From the NCBI GenBank assembly GCA_951406725.2, contig OX597815.1:202368001-202432000 (forward strand): a stretch of DNA of 64,000 bases, in the 5' to 3' direction. The translations under genes and the position numbers were made by a program. A model generated the notes under the pieces. That model saw nothing but the letters and a program-made list of their open reading frames with translations. It was not told where the DNA came from and searched no databases. Positions 1 through 15,041 of this stretch are shown one piece after another; positions within the stretch are counted from its first letter, which is position 1, and each line of letters opens with the position of its first letter. Source of the DNA: Octopus vulgaris (lineage: Eukaryota).

Positions 1-85
1 ATTAAAACGTGCTCTCTTGCAGTTCTGAATGTTATAATTCTTATTTCTAGCAATATAGAATCTACACAACATCGTCAGTCACACA

Positions 86-130
<45 letters not shown>

Positions 131-170
131 CTCTTTATATTTCTATATTATCTATCTAAATTTATACTTA

Positions 171-220
<50 letters not shown>

Positions 221-270
221 CTATTTATATATATATATATATATTTATATGTATATATATATATCTATTT

Positions 271-320
<50 letters not shown>

Positions 321-324
<4 letters not shown>

Positions 325-520
325 AGAGTTTACGAAAAAAACAAAAGACGGAGACAGGTGGTGTACAAAACATATATATTAGTATAACGCTCAGGAATAG
401 GAAAAAGTCTTTTACGTTCCGAGCCTACGCTCTTCTACAGAAAGGGACACAGAAAAAACAAGGAGAGAAACAAGGAGAGAAAAACGTGTGTGTAGTGGCT
501 AACGATCTATCATGGCGACT
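321..520 (-). repeat. Dispersed repeat abutting (TA)n, probably a Penelope-type pLTR fragment, with an atypical hammerhead-like fold at 409-444
   Basis: Homologous to 51605-51785 (same orientation) and 27434-27522 (inverted, partial). All three abut (TA)n. Minus strand reads cttt-CTGTAGAA-gagc gtag gctc-GGAA-cg-TA-aaag. Confidence 0.6.
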
Positions 521-1043
521 GACTCGGACAGAAGGGTCACACACAAGGGGGGAAAGTTTAGAAAGTAACAAAATAAATTTTTAAATAAAGTAATGACAAT
601 AATAACAGTTTTACGTAAAGTTCAAAGGTTTTTTTGATGTCGGGGTGTATTGCAAGGATTTCTCATCAAGAGTAAAGTCCACAGTGATCCGTATGTACGA
701 GAGGTGCATCCGGAGGGTAAAGGACGAAGACACACACACACACACACACATACACACACGCACACATATATATATATATATACATACATATTTATCTTTT
801 ATTAAACTTTTAATACTTTTGATATATAAAAAAAATTAATTAATTAATTAATTAATTAAATAATATATAAATATAAAAATATACATACATACATATATAT
901 ATATTTGTATATATATATACAATTTATAAGTTTAAATTATTTAAATAATTTTTTATTTTTAACTCTTATATTTTTAAATTAATTTTATGTATTGGCTTAT
1001 GTTTTTCACTGTTTGATTTGCCTAATAGTGGTTTTATCGCTAA

Positions 1044-1104
<61 letters not shown>

Positions 1105-1129
1105 CACACACACACATATTGTGTTTTCT

Positions 1130-2300
1130 AGAGTACCTCCACGAAATCAAGTTCATTCCCCAAAGGTAGTGTGAAACTAAGTAAATTCACGATACCAGAC
1201 AAAGCAGCAGCAGAATTAATATTTAATGCAATGGACCATTTTCCCTTAACACAACTTGTGCTTGAGCCAAGACTAAACAAATTTTAACCTGATATTAACG
1301 AAGAATTCTAGTTCCATCAATTGCGTTTCAATTGAAAACACTCCTCTCTGACCATTACATTGAACTTTGCCACCTTATTTTCCAGCATACCAAAGCTACC
1401 CAGTCATTCTTGCTCAGCATTCTTGTACGACAGCAAAAATATTCACAAAGCAAAGTGGAGAACAATTAGTAAATATCTATAACTTATCGATTGGCAGCGC
1501 TCTTGGGACATTGTTACTTACATATGATCAAAACCAATTAATCTACTACCACAAACTGAATCCACAATCAGCGTGATTAAGAAGGTTGAATTTGAAACAA
1601 AAATATATGTAGATCAGCATGAAAGCCTTCAGCGACAAAGAAAGAGGTTCAGAGGAAACGGAGTAATCAAAAATGTCAAACAGAACCCAAACGTGTTCAA
1701 TTCATGTTCCAACAAGCACGGAATCACTGTCTCATCCATTGGTCTACTGATAGCATTCGCCAGCTTTACTCTAAAGGAATGTTAGAAGCATTTCAGAAAC
1801 AATATTGCTCTCTATTTAGTGCTTCCACTGATATCGATGTAAGTGATCTGAACGAATTCAACACCTAATACATTATCTCTGACACAACTTTTATTGGCTT
1901 AGACAGCTTAACAATAATAAATGAAATCAAGTATTATTCTGCATTAGGCTCTAATACATTTCCCCGCTATTATCCTGACAACAACTTCCAATCCCTCAAA
2001 CCAACCTCCTATTAAATTATTTAGATTCAGGATATATATCTAAACAGTTCTTATCCCAATCTGCTATCGAAGTCTTCAAAAGAGGGAAACCTATCTCTCG
2101 CAGTTAATTATTGACCAATCTCACTCACTTCCCAATATCATCAAAGTTTTTGAAAATGAGTGAGATAAAGGATGCCTGGCTTCCCGGAGAGCCGCAATCT
2201 TCGTAATTCAGCAAGCATGATTTTCACTGAGGGAAGAACCGACTAGTAAGGGCTTTTACATCACAACTGTGGTGACCTTAAAGCTTTGGATTAAACCGAT
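1130..2300 (+). mobile_element. Highly degenerate LINE ORF2 relic (CR1/L2-like, APE + N-terminal RT)
   Basis: Motif remnants in order: LSDH (APE end, ~1345), KQNP.VF (~1680), NY*PISLTS..IIKVFE (~2105-2155), then a QHGF/GR-like remnant (~2215). Many stops and frameshifts. Confidence 0.7.
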
Positions 2301-2833
2301 TTTTAAAATCATTTAACGGAATGTGAAGAATATGGATATGATAGCATTCCTGAATACCTAGGATACGTATAATGCATTAGATGCTTCAACAAATACCAAT
2401 AATCACATATTTTAACAAACAAGATTTGCCAAAACATAAACATTGTTAATAATGCCAAAGAAAGAGTAGCTACACAGCTAGCCTTATACAAGTCTAACGA
2501 AAATATGTTCAATCACTTTGTATTGTAATGTAATAAGTAGAGTGACTATATTATGAATAAACTACCCAGAGGCGAAAGAAGAATTAAACGCCTTCACCAA
2601 TACTATCAATATTTATGCACTAGGCATCCTTATGCTAAATCAGAACAAAATATAACAAACTGAAATCAAAGCAATGTCGTTGCAGTGTGGACAGTGAAGA
2701 TAAAGGCATCCCTGATAATAAAAGATGTGTACGAGGGGATTTTAAAGAGAGTTCATCTTCAACATTGCAACTCGGTTTCTTCAGAATTCACTCCGGCTAT
2801 TTCGTTCAGATTTCCGAACGAAATAGCTGGAGT

Positions 2834-3439
2834 GAATGGCGATAGAGAATATGAGATGAAAAACAAGCTTCAATAGATCATTCTTAGGCGGAGTGCATAT
2901 TAGCCTTCGAAACCTTAAACCCTAAATTTCCATCTACTTTTCTCAATTACATTAGTTTTGCCACCATTATCACAACAATGATGTATATTCTTGTTTGTCC
3001 ACATTATTTGGATGCTGCAAAACGTCGATGAAAATTGATCATCTGTTTCATTGTCCTCACACCACTTTCTCCCACATAGTTTTGTTTCACGAGTTTTAAA
3101 AAACGTCCAGCAAATACACAGAGAATTATCTATACTAATCTATATTAAAGGTTGCCAGGTGGTCAATCCCTGTGACTTTTGCTTTTGGGCTTCAGTAAGT
3201 AATGAATAGTAGTATGGTTGATGAAAGGATAAATAAGACAGTTGAGATGTGCTTTGGGCACGACGAATCATCTGGGCAGCATGTCAGGTACATTTCTATA
3301 CATTTAATTGGATGAAGTGAAAACTCGTAACCTATTTGTGTGGTAATTTAGGGTTTAAGGTTTCGAAGGCTAATATGCACTCCGCCTAAGAATGATTTAT
3401 TGAAGCTTGTTTTTCATCTCATATTCTTTATCGTCATTC
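2834..3439. repeat. Inverted repeat / MITE-like foldback with ~98-bp arms (2834-2932 and 3341-3439)
   Basis: gaatggcgatagagaatatgagatg...aaccctaaatt is matched by aatttagggtttaagg...tttatcgtcattc with few mismatches. An inner weak IR acgagtttt/aaaactcgt is also present. Confidence 0.8.
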
Positions 3440-3951
3440 TTTTATTTTCCTTTTTCTTCTCGTTTCCGATTCAGTACGAATTTTCCATTTTCAATTGAAG
3501 TAATATTTACATTTAGTATTTCCTATCTGTTTCATATAATTCTCAAATACTTTCTTTTGTTTCAATATTTACTCTAATTCGTGACCCGTTCCATAGCAGC
3601 CGTGCTTATTTGTATGCAAATCACTCCCCAGCTATTCCAGGGAATTTATTCAAACAAATTTTTTACCCTTCTCGTCGCTTCACAAACTTCACTAATTTGC
3701 TGCACTCTCTTCTCTAAAACTCCCTTCATATACCTACGTATCAAATACGAGACTTATTTTCATATTTACATTTCCTAAGAATGTTTATACTTATATATTT
3801 ATCTTATATATTTATCAATTTTTATACTTAAATATTTTCATCTGTAAATATTTTCAGTTTGTAAACGTGGCGATACCCCTGCATAGGATGGATGTGTTTA
3901 GTTAAATATACGTCTGTAGTTGTGTGTGGGCATGTGCATACCTTCATACCA

Positions 3952-4007
<56 letters not shown>

Positions 4008-4009
<2 letters not shown>

Positions 4010-5260
4010 CGGTGTTGAGTTGAAATGCCATAGTCTGAATATGAAGGAGTGATGGAGTGATGCTAGGATAATATATGCATTAATTTCAACTCTTCTTAAT
4101 AACTACATTGTTTCTTTCCAGGTAAACTGAAATCTGACTGTTCAAAGAAGAAACCAATAATTAGTATTGACTTCTCTTGAAAACAGAGAAAGTTTGGCAC
4201 CATGCTTTATGAAGAAGCTGGAGACCAGAGTTTATTCCACAAAGATATTCATTCTGACATGTTTGCTACGTAAAGCGACGACGCCCTGACTTTACCAACA
4301 GTGCAAATGTGGGCAGGTGAATATAGAAGGGAAAGGGAATGTCTTGTAAATTACCCACGGTCTGGAAATCCTACAACTACCATCACCGAGGAAAACATTG
4401 GGCGTGTTTACCGAATTGTCATGGATACAGATGATTGACTATAAATCGAATAGCCAATGCTATTAACATATCCCATGAAAGAGCTGAGAACGATCGACAC
4501 AATGTACTTGGCATGACGAGCCTTTCCGCTCGCTGGGTGCCACGTTTTCTAAAGCGTGCCAGGCTGATCACGTAATGGTAAAATATAAATTGTCTGAAGC
4601 AGTCTCAACTGGTTTTCTAGGAGTTTCCGAACCCAAGGTGAGTGTTGGGTTAATCACTTTTAGCCAGAGACCGAGAAAGACAATCCACGCAATGGAAACA
4701 CCTTTGCTCACGTGCTCACAAAAGGTCAATGTTGTTTTATCTGCAAGGAAGGTGGTCTCAGTTTCGGGAGTATGCAAAAGGCATTGTGTTTATTGACGAT
4801 CTTTAAAAGAAGCACACCATGAATAGAGAATTATATGGCAACTTACTGAGGCAGTTACGCAAGGTAGCCAAGACCGAGCTTCGGGGAAAACTGAGGAAAG
4901 CGGTCTTCCTACATAAGGATAGGGCTTCAGCTCGCAAATCCCTGGTTTCAATGGCTGTGGCTATGGACTTGTTGACCACTTCCTCTGTACTTCTGATTTG
5001 TATATTATTTGTTCCCCAACATGAAACAAAATGGCTCGGATCCAGTATTGCAGAGATGGTGTTGTCATATCTATGGTGACATGTCTCACTAACTTTTCAT
5101 CGGTGGTGAAAGCTCTTTCCCCAAAGTTATCTACCATACACACACTACGATACCGATGGAAGAAATCTGTGAGCTGTAAGGGAGGCTATTTGGAAAAATT
5201 AAATTCATTTGGTCACATTACATGAGAGTATCTTGGTCGGCTTATCTCAGCCGGCTCTAG
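4008..5260 (+). mobile_element. Degenerate mariner transposon (pseudogenised transposase)
   Basis: PRSG.P.T..TEENI (~4355), ARWVPRFL (WVPHEL-type motif, ~4530) and SARKV (~4740). Starts at TA with a decayed TIR; ~1.25 kb long. Confidence 0.8.
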
Positions 5261-5268
5261 GGTTTATT

Positions 5269-5310
<42 letters not shown>

Positions 5311-6254
5311 CACACAAATACACACACATAAACACACACGCACATATACAGACAGAGATAGACAGAAAGTTTCATATGTTTCTATAAACTCACATTGATA
5401 TATCCTTGTGTACAAAAGAGAGAATATTCGTTATGATTATTTTAGAAGCATTGAGTGTTGTCATTATGTTTATGTGCACGAATGAATGAGGATTCGCCAT
5501 TGCATGTGGTTGGCGGCTTTGTAATTCCGATATGCCATTACCCTTCTAGCACCTTGAAGATAAGTAGCGACCCAGAAAACGTAAGGCAATGAACCATTCA
5601 TAGAATATATATGCTTCATGCTGCATATATGATCAACGATGGGCTTACCAATGCTAACTATAATACATAAATATATAACTGTATTTCTCAGAATCTCTGA
5701 AAGTGAATGCACCACCACTGACAAACTGCGACAATTTCAGTAAGTTCTTCAGTAAGATATTGAATATTGATGCAATATTCAATGATCAGTGCTTCTCATG
5801 AACGAAATAATATCATGAATAATTTAACATATGTATCAAACACTAAACTCCAACGCGAATAATTATCTCATTTAAAGTGCATTTAGGATAAATTGTCTGG
5901 TGACGGTCGTTATAACTTATTTATATGATGTTGAAAATGTATCATCTAAAGCAAGACGATTTCGTATACTATTATCTAACACGGTTCCCTTTATTATTAC
6001 CGTTGAACATTTTCCTCAAGACATCCCATCATGCACATGATCGTAGAGCAATGCAATTATAAGCACAAATTGGATAAGGTAATTCTATCTATGAGCCATG
6101 TAATATGTATGCATTAGATTTCAATGATTGCTATACATGGAATTTACCGTCTGTTATCGACCACTGTTATTGGCATTTGATGCGGTATAATAAATATTCT
6201 TGCACACCAACGGCAAATAGAATAATCACTTACATACATACATGCATATGTGTG

Positions 6255-6298
<44 letters not shown>

Positions 6299-6302
6299 TA
6301 TG

Positions 6303-6357
<55 letters not shown>

Positions 6358-6392
6358 GTATATGTATATATAATATATATATATATGTGTGT

Positions 6393-6429
<37 letters not shown>

Positions 6430-6472
6430 ATATATATATTTATGTATATATGTATATATATATATATATGTA

Positions 6473-6521
<49 letters not shown>

Positions 6522-7589
6522 GCATACATAGATACATACATACATACGCACACATACATATCCATATACATATACATATATTTATATGTGTGTATGTTTG
6601 TACTTATACATGGACACACACAGAACATGTATCCGGCTGATATATATTCTGCATCCTAGTGACAGCTCTACAGGTGTAAACACATGAATATATGATATAA
6701 GCTGTGTTTGTATGAATGTAATGTTGATATATGTGTGTGAATATATGTATTTACATATACGCGTGTAGGTATTATTGTGCCTATGAGTATCGGTTTGAGT
6801 ACATCTGTTAAATATTGCAATATTCATAGAAATATTACAGAGAAAATTATATATGAAGAATGTTAGTTGAGGGGACAGTTCATATTTGTCCACAATATAA
6901 ATGTATATGACATTTTTATTTTGTCTGCAATAATCATAACTTTGGTACGTACCACTTCTTAAATATTACGAAATATTCTATGAATTGTAATAAACAAAGA
7001 TATTTTCCATCCAACTTGGCGTGGCTCACTTTATGTAACGCCTAATACTACGGTATCAACTTTGAGAGAACGCAGTAGTCTGCGTTCTAAAAGACGTTAA
7101 CCACGTTAAGATGGATATAAAGATCCCTTGTAGGTAATAATGCTGCTTCGGTCGCTAACAATTAATCTTTAATGAACCTGTCGGGTATTTGTGCCATTAG
7201 CGTCTGAAAAGATGCTGAAATTCTATACAGTGAGTTAGCGAGATTTCGCTGGTAGATGGCCACCAGACGCCTCTCCATGATGATGACCAGTGCACAGGAA
7301 TCATGTGATGTGAGAATTTAGGCATTCATAATATATATTTCAGTGCTTCTATGCACTATGCGCCAGTTTGAGAGGTTCTCTCATAGCTAATAACGCAGTA
7401 TTCGGTGTTCTGACAAGACATTCACGTTAAGTTGGATATATATTTACCATTTGACCTTAAAACCCTTCTGTCGTCAATAATTAACACAGTTATTCCGCAA
7501 ACAACTTTGGATACAGATATTTTTTCATTGACATTTATATGCTGCCATCTCGGATAAAAATACTGCATTATTTGTGTTTATATATCTTT

Positions 7590-7800
7590 TATATTTTAGC
7601 TGTTGTTTCAATCACTGAACTCGACTGTGCTGGTGCGGCGCTTGTAAGGGTTTCATCGGACTAAATGAATCCAGTACTTCCATTTTCTAGCTTGGTCTTT
7701 ATTCTGTTGTGCCCTCTTGCCGAAATGATCTGTTGAGGGGGAGCGGAACAACACAGCATCGGTTGTCAAGCGGTTGTGGAGATATATACAAACACAAAGA
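7590..7800 (-). mobile_element. Degenerate 3' part of SINE family 1
   Basis: gcatcggttgtcaagcg and adjacent sequence match the 3' half of the SINE copies at 14323 and 20818. Confidence 0.55.
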
Positions 7801-7904
7801 CACACATATAGATACACACATACATATGCATGTGTGTGTGTTTGTGTGTGTGTAAGTCTATATACATATATATAGAGAGAGATACTACATACATACTTCT
7901 TCTG

Positions 7905-8058
7905 TCTTTACGGTCTCAGTTCAAATTCTGCCGATGTCGACTTTGCTTTTCATCCTTTGGGGTTCGATAAATTAAGTACCACTTGCGTGCTGGGGTCGAT
8001 CTAATCGACTGATACCCTCCCCACAAATTTCGGTCCTTCTGCCTAGAGTAGAAAAGAT
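7905..8058 (+). mobile_element. SINE family 2 fragment (core resembles the MetaSINE-type domain)
   Basis: gttcaaattc B-box-like motif followed by gtcgactttgcttttcatcctttggggttcgataaattaagtacc. Related minus-strand copies at 48680-48860 and 48910-49000; fragments in the 15-16 kb IR arms. Confidence 0.65.
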
Positions 8059-8180
8059 TTTTCAAATTAACTACTTTTTTCCACATGCGGTTGATTGCTT
8101 CCGCATTGGTCTCTAGGGGTGATGCATACTAAATATTTTTCGAATATATTCGAATTTAATATTTAATATTGTTGTAATCC

Positions 8181-8262
8181 CATGCTGATGAGTCGAAAAT
8201 GGTTGGGTAAAGTATAATTCTATATTCTTTATACCGATCTAATTCCGAAACGCGCGTACATG
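8181..8262 (+). ncRNA. Type I hammerhead ribozyme, canonical core, extended stem II
   Basis: CATG-CTGATGA-G...(ggttgg/ccgatc and gtaaag/ctttat pairings)...C-GAAA-CGCGCG-TA-CATG. Stem I CATG/CATG, palindromic stem III ACGCGCGT, GUA cleavage triplet. Confidence 0.8.
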
Positions 8263-8541
8263 AGTAACCAAATATGGATTGATTTTCGTTATTTTTCCTC
8301 TTTGCCTGCGTAGTTTGTTTTCAAGTACTTTGGTTTTTCTGGGAGTCCCTTTTAAAGTAGAAGAAATAGCTAAAGTTTTTTTGACTGATATTTTTAAACT
8401 TCGGTATGTGGTGAGGCAAATCTTTGCTGAACCCTAATTTTAAACTATTACTTAAGCTTACCATGAAATGGTCTTTTTCTATGCCGAATTCTACTAGGTG
8501 AAATTACTGATTACTTCTTAATTAATTAATTTTACCCTTTG

Positions 8542-8582
<41 letters not shown>

Positions 8583-8822
8583 CAAAATATGTATATTTGT
8601 ATGTATGTGTATATGATATATATCCATATATATATATACACATATATACAAGTGAATTATAACCTATGCATAAAATAAAATTAGTATTATATAAAGATAC
8701 GCCACGTAAAATATGATAAATATGCGATTTTTGGAATAAATATTAAAAAAATATAAACTATGAGCATATGAAATATAGAAATAAATATGCACATATATTA
8801 AAATTATAAAAGAAAATAATGA

Positions 8823-8879
<57 letters not shown>

Positions 8880-8948
8880 CATATTACTCTACCACTGGTA
8901 TTTGAGTACTCTTTTTTCCACCTTGTTTCACATTTATGTGTTTACTCC

Positions 8949-9014
<66 letters not shown>

Positions 9015-9817
9015 TATATATATTCAGTAAAAACAATTAAGATTCAAGTGAGTTTCAATGTTCGTATGAAACAATTGTACTGAACAACTAATCCATTCTT
9101 GTTGCATTTTTCTTATGTATATATATATATATCAATGGAAAATATATACACAAAAACGAATAATTAAGTAGAGAATTCAATGAAAACAGTTGAAAGATAG
9201 AGTCAAGAAGTAGAGGAAGAAAGGAACGTTGTTGGGACCATGCCAAGCGGAAGATAGGGTTAAACGTAAATAATAGATGAATGAATGGAAGTCAATTATT
9301 AGTGAGTCATTGACGCTTAGATAGCCTGGATCGTTAGTGAGTGGTCAGCATGTTAATAGATCCAAAGGTCATTTTTTTCCTGGTAATAAATCGAAGGACC
9401 ACACATTTTTTTCTTAATAAATAGGCAATTGAACGCATATATCCGTACACTGATTCAGAAAGCTAGTTGGTATTAATGTTCTATATAACGTTGATGGGAC
9501 CGGCAGCATTTGTTTACGATACAGATTTTATGATCACGTAATTGATCTCTGCTAATCCTATGAAAGTTGCTTTTCGTTTTTCCATGAATGGCGCAGAAAC
9601 TCTGCATACTAGTGTCTTTAGTAATATCAATATATTCTAATCGCGTTAGTTTTTGAGTTGAGAGTGGAAATTTTTCAGCCGTACCAGTAGCATTCGTTTT
9701 CGTGTCTTTCGTCACACTTTTGTCTGTGTGTGTAGTGTATATATATATATATATATGGGTGTATGTGTGTGTATGTGTCTGTGTATGTGTGTGTGTTTGT
9801 GTGCGTGTGTTTATGTA

Positions 9818-9856
<39 letters not shown>

Positions 9857-11450
9857 CTGTGTCTCTGTCTGTGTAAGCATGCATGTATGTATATATATAT
9901 CTTATAACTTTATATACGAAGTAATTTTGACGACATATTTGTCATCATTTTCACAAGCAGATTGATGTATAGAGGTACAGTCAAGGGTGCTGCTGAGTAT
10001 AATAAAACCGAAGTAACGTAAGCTATATGAATATTGGATAAGAGCTGTATCTTGATGATTTACTCCGGGTGTCAAAATGCCGAAATAATGACTGCTCCTC
10101 AGTGCTTTGCCAACGCTATAAAGACCGTAAAACGTGCCAAAGACATCACGAAAAATTGCTCATTGGTTTCCCCAGTGAGCCTGACGTTATTCTGATCCAC
10201 ATCTTTGAGCAGAGACGACGGAACAGTTCAGACGGCAATAGGAAGCTACTGGAGACTGTGGTTAAACTATGGATGTAGGTTTGCATTTAGAAATCCATAA
10301 CTGTCGCACCAGAAATTGTTTCATTGCCATGCTTCCGGAAACATCACAAGAGATTGTGGGAGAATTTGTACGATTTAAGCGCAAGATCTAACACCTAATT
10401 CCTCGAGTATCATTCCTCGGATTAATATGAGCAGGATACGGTTGCGAAAGACGTACATACATACATACATACATACATATATACATACATACATACATAC
10501 ACACACACATACATATGTGCACGCACAGGCACACACACATAGAGATACACATACACGCACAGACACACACACACACACAGAGCACGCAGAGACAAACACA
10601 CACACACACACAAGCTTTTTACTCACAGTTAACACTCCCGTATATCTGACAGGTGTGAAACTGAGTAACAGTACTGTGATAATTTTCTGGCTTTATTAAA
10701 AGCACATTACTCACCTTTGGTATTCGAGTATTACTTTTTACAGCTCGTGTTTCACTAATGTGGTCCTCAGTGTGTGTGTGTATATGTATACATATATATA
10801 TATATATTTACATATATATATATGTATGTTTGTGCATATATATATATGAGTGTATACATATACATATATATGTATGTCTGTGTATATACCTATATACACA
10901 CACACGCACGTGTATGTCATTATATGTTTGAAAAATTATTTGCCAAAAATATAAATGGTATACTAGACAAGAAGCCACTCATCTATTCGAGGATATATTT
11001 AAAAGCATCAGATTGGACACAAGTATGAATCTTTATAAATTGACCAAGAAATTTATACATTATATAAGTGTGTCACACTTTTCCTACAAAGACCAAATAT
11101 TCTTTCCAGCGAACCAAATAAAAGAAACATCTCAAAAATATAGTATTTTATCTTTCTCAACATTTAACGTAGACACATTATTTAAGAAATGCCTACTAAT
11201 GTTTTTCGTAGATATTGCAAATTATGAACTAAAATCTTAACTTTACGATTCCGTTAACACTAATTCACTATAAGTAAAAAAAGAAAGCCATGCTGATCAA
11301 AAAAAAAACAAAAAAACAGTTATACAAATTACTATAGTAAAAATATCAAGGTTCATATTTTTTTTTAATAAATGCCTTTTGGACGTAAATTGCTATACAC
11401 ATTAGTGTCATTAACATTTTATATAAGTAGAAATACAGTGTATTTGCTTT

Positions 11451-11672
11451 TACGGATGGGTGCGGAAAAGTTCCTGGTTTTAAGTCTATCGCGAAAGTTT
11501 TGTTGGAGGCCCAGTATTCTGAGTTCTTTTACTGGACATAGAGCAAAAAGAAGGGCTGCTACAATAAGTGTGTTAATCTGAGAGGGGAATAGCTTTAAAA
11601 AAAATCATCATTATTTGACCTTCTTGTATTTTATTTTACTCAAAGCCGGCAACTTTTCAACACCCACTCGTA
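11451..11672. mobile_element. Mariner-derived MITE / internally deleted element
   Basis: TA-flanked imperfect ~30-bp TIRs: tacggatgggtgcggaaaagttcctggt and agccggcaacttttcaacacccactcgta. Confidence 0.75.
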
Positions 11673-12577
11673 TATACATCATAACCACATCACTAACAAG
11701 TGTTACATAAATACATATATCAATTATGTGTGTGCGTGTGTGTTTGTGTGTGTGAATTCATATAGATGTGTCGTCCCTCCTTCTGTCTATGGATATGGAT
11801 AGATACACATAATGGTTGAACTTCAACACAGTTACACTATGCGTTATTGTGTTTTCAAAATGAAACATTTTATATTACATACATATTGCAAGGGTATAAT
11901 TTTTCATTCGGAACACTAGCTATCACCATTGTTGTATTTTGTTTTAATTTCGAGGCTTCCTTTATTTCTTGCTCAGCATTTGTATTTAATTTTCTGTATT
12001 TTAATATACATGCATTGGTTTATATTGCTTTTAATGAAGTAGATCGAAATTATTTACAGTCCAGTTGGTTTATGTTCATTAGTCGAATATATTTTCCGTT
12101 TGTTTCTAAAATTTTCTATTGTAATTAAGTACACTTTTAATCAACAACAAAGGCGATAACAGAACATGAATGTGCCTACTATAGAACAAAAATCTAATTG
12201 CCAATTTGTAAACGAAAAAAATATTAAATAAGGTATATAAGAAATAAATAGATGTTTATTTCCTTTTAAATTATGAAAAAAAAATATGATCGGATATTTT
12301 CCTGAATTTTTATTTTAAGTTTTACACAACTTTATGCATTCAATTAAAATGATAGGAAGCAATTTATTTGTCCATTAATAGTGTCTAATGATGAGAAAAT
12401 AGAAATTGACTGTATTTTCCACTTTGTTTAGATTGATTTGATAAGTTACGCCCTTGTGGTTGTGTTTATACTTGTTTTCCCTTTCCATGTCATCGACTTT
12501 ATATACATATACACAAACACACAAATATATATATATATATATATTTATATATGCAACACACAAATACACACACACGT

Positions 12578-12622
<45 letters not shown>

Positions 12623-12627
12623 ATATA

Positions 12628-12811
<184 letters not shown>

Positions 12812-12837
12812 CATATGTATGCGTGCATATATGTTTT

Positions 12838-12881
<44 letters not shown>

Positions 12882-13051
12882 GCATACATACGCACGGTAT
12901 GCATGGAAGGGTGTGAGAGAGAAAGAAAGAAAGAAAGAGATAATCACATACAAATCTAAAAACACACATTCGCAACCATATGTATATATACCTTAGTACG
13001 CATATACACACTTTAATACATATATGGATACATATAAAATACATATACAAA

Positions 13052-13161
<110 letters not shown>

Positions 13162-13183
13162 TATATAATTTACATATATCGAT

Positions 13184-13495
13184 GCAGGAGTGGCTGTGTT
13201 GTAAGTAGCTTGCTTACCAACCACCTGGTTCCGGGTTCATTCCCACTACGTGGTACCTTGGGTGGCTTCTACTATAGCCTCGGTCTGACCAAGCCTTGTG
13301 AGTGGATTTGGTAGTCGGAAACTTAAAGAAGCCTGTCTTATATATATATATTCATGGAGGGTGTATGTTTGTGTCTCTCTATTTATCCCCCAACATCGCT
13401 TGACAACCGATGCTGGTGTGGTTACGTCCCCGTAACTTAGCAGTTCGGCAAAAGACACCAATGGAATAAGTACTAGGCTTACAAAGAATAAGAGT
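13184..13495 (+). mobile_element. tRNA-derived SINE family 1
   Basis: A-box-like tggctgtgttgtaag, B-box-like ggttcattccc, accttggg core and an internal (TA) microsatellite. Homologous to copies at 14323, 20818 and 52545/57585. Confidence 0.85.
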
Positions 13496-13587
13496 TTCTC
13501 GATTTTCATTAAAAGAGCAAAAGAATTTATATTTACATATATATGATTAGCAATAAATATGTGTGCACATAATCGTGTATATATATG

Positions 13588-13665
<78 letters not shown>

Positions 13666-14109
13666 CATACATACATACATACATACATACATACATACAT
13701 ACATACATACATACATACATACATACATACATACATACGAGCAAAACGCCCCGAGTCCAATGGACGGTGCTGAATTATATCTGCTGAATAAAAAGCAATC
13801 AGTGTTTTCTTTTCATTAAAAAACAATTAATCATGCCTATATTTCAATAAAATTTTCGGTTTTGTTAAACGAAGTTAAGGCAAAAAAAGAAATTTCTTAA
13901 AAAAATCAAATCGTCTTTCCTTCCTTTATACGAAGTTTGAATAAAATATCTCTTTTGTATCTTACTTTTTTGGTCTCTTAAATATGCTGCATTTTGTGGC
14001 ATTATTTCAAGCCAGCCGGCTTTTGTTGCGCAAAGTGCACGTGCATTTTTCTCGCATACGCGTAGTATCGATCGCAACAGCTGATGTACGTGCGCGCAAA
14101 AATGCACGT

Positions 14110-14310
14110 ATTATATATATAATATAAAATCTGTTCTGTCTGTGTTTGTGTCTTCTAGGATCTCGGGCAACCTCCATCCGTTTGCGCTGAAATTTGATAT
14201 GTAGATACCGACGGTATCAGTGCGTGTATAAGTCTTGAAAAAATTACAAAAATCGATTCCAGGTGAGAATGCGATCGATAAAGCTTTGGGAACGGCTTAT
14301 CGATCGCATA
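14110..14310 (+). mobile_element. Helitron/HINE-like non-autonomous fragment
   Basis: tatataatataaaa, then a ctgtctgt microsatellite, then ccatccgtttgcgctgaaatttg, a layout typical of DINE-1/Lep1-like elements. Strong hairpin atgcgatcgataaagc...gcttatcgatcgcat at 14269-14309. Confidence 0.45.
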
Positions 14311-14322
14311 TCATATATATAT

Positions 14323-14705
14323 ACTCTTTACTCTTTTACTTGTTTCAGTCATTTGACTGCGGCCATGCTGGAGCACCGCCTTCTAGTCGAGTAAATCGAC
14401 CCCAGGACTTATTCTTTGTAAGCCTAGTACTTATTCTCTCAGTCTATTTTGCTGAACCGCTAAACACACCACCATCGGTTGTCAAGCAATGGTGGGGGGA
14501 CAAACGCAGACGCACAAACATATACATACATATATATATAGCATATATACGACGGGCTTCTTCCAGTTTCCATCTACCAAATCCACTCACAAGGCTTTGG
14601 TCGGCCCGAGGCTATAGTAGAAGACACACGCCCAAGGTGCCACGCAGTGGGAATGAACACGGAACCATGTGGTTGGTAAGCAAGCTACTTACCACACAGC
14701 CACTC
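14323..14705 (-). mobile_element. tRNA-derived SINE family 1, near full length
   Basis: Reverse complement gives the gagtggctgtgtggtaagtagcttgcttacc head and an (agagtaa)n tail. Confidence 0.9.
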
Positions 14706-14792
<87 letters not shown>

Positions 14793-15041
14793 ATTCTTTT
14801 AGTCTCTTATTTCTTTTGTTTCAGTCATTCATTATCCGATTACGTTCGTTTCAATAACACCTGGTGATATATAAATCGCCGAGCATTCATTCTGGAAAAA
14901 CTACGGAGAAATATTATGAACTTTATGAAGGGCTTTGATACATTCATACAGCGAATGATAAAATGCGTTTAATTTTGCGGTCATTAGGAGAAATTATGCA
15001 AGAATTTTCCCACATCCCTGATTCAGTTCTAAGTGCGTTGC

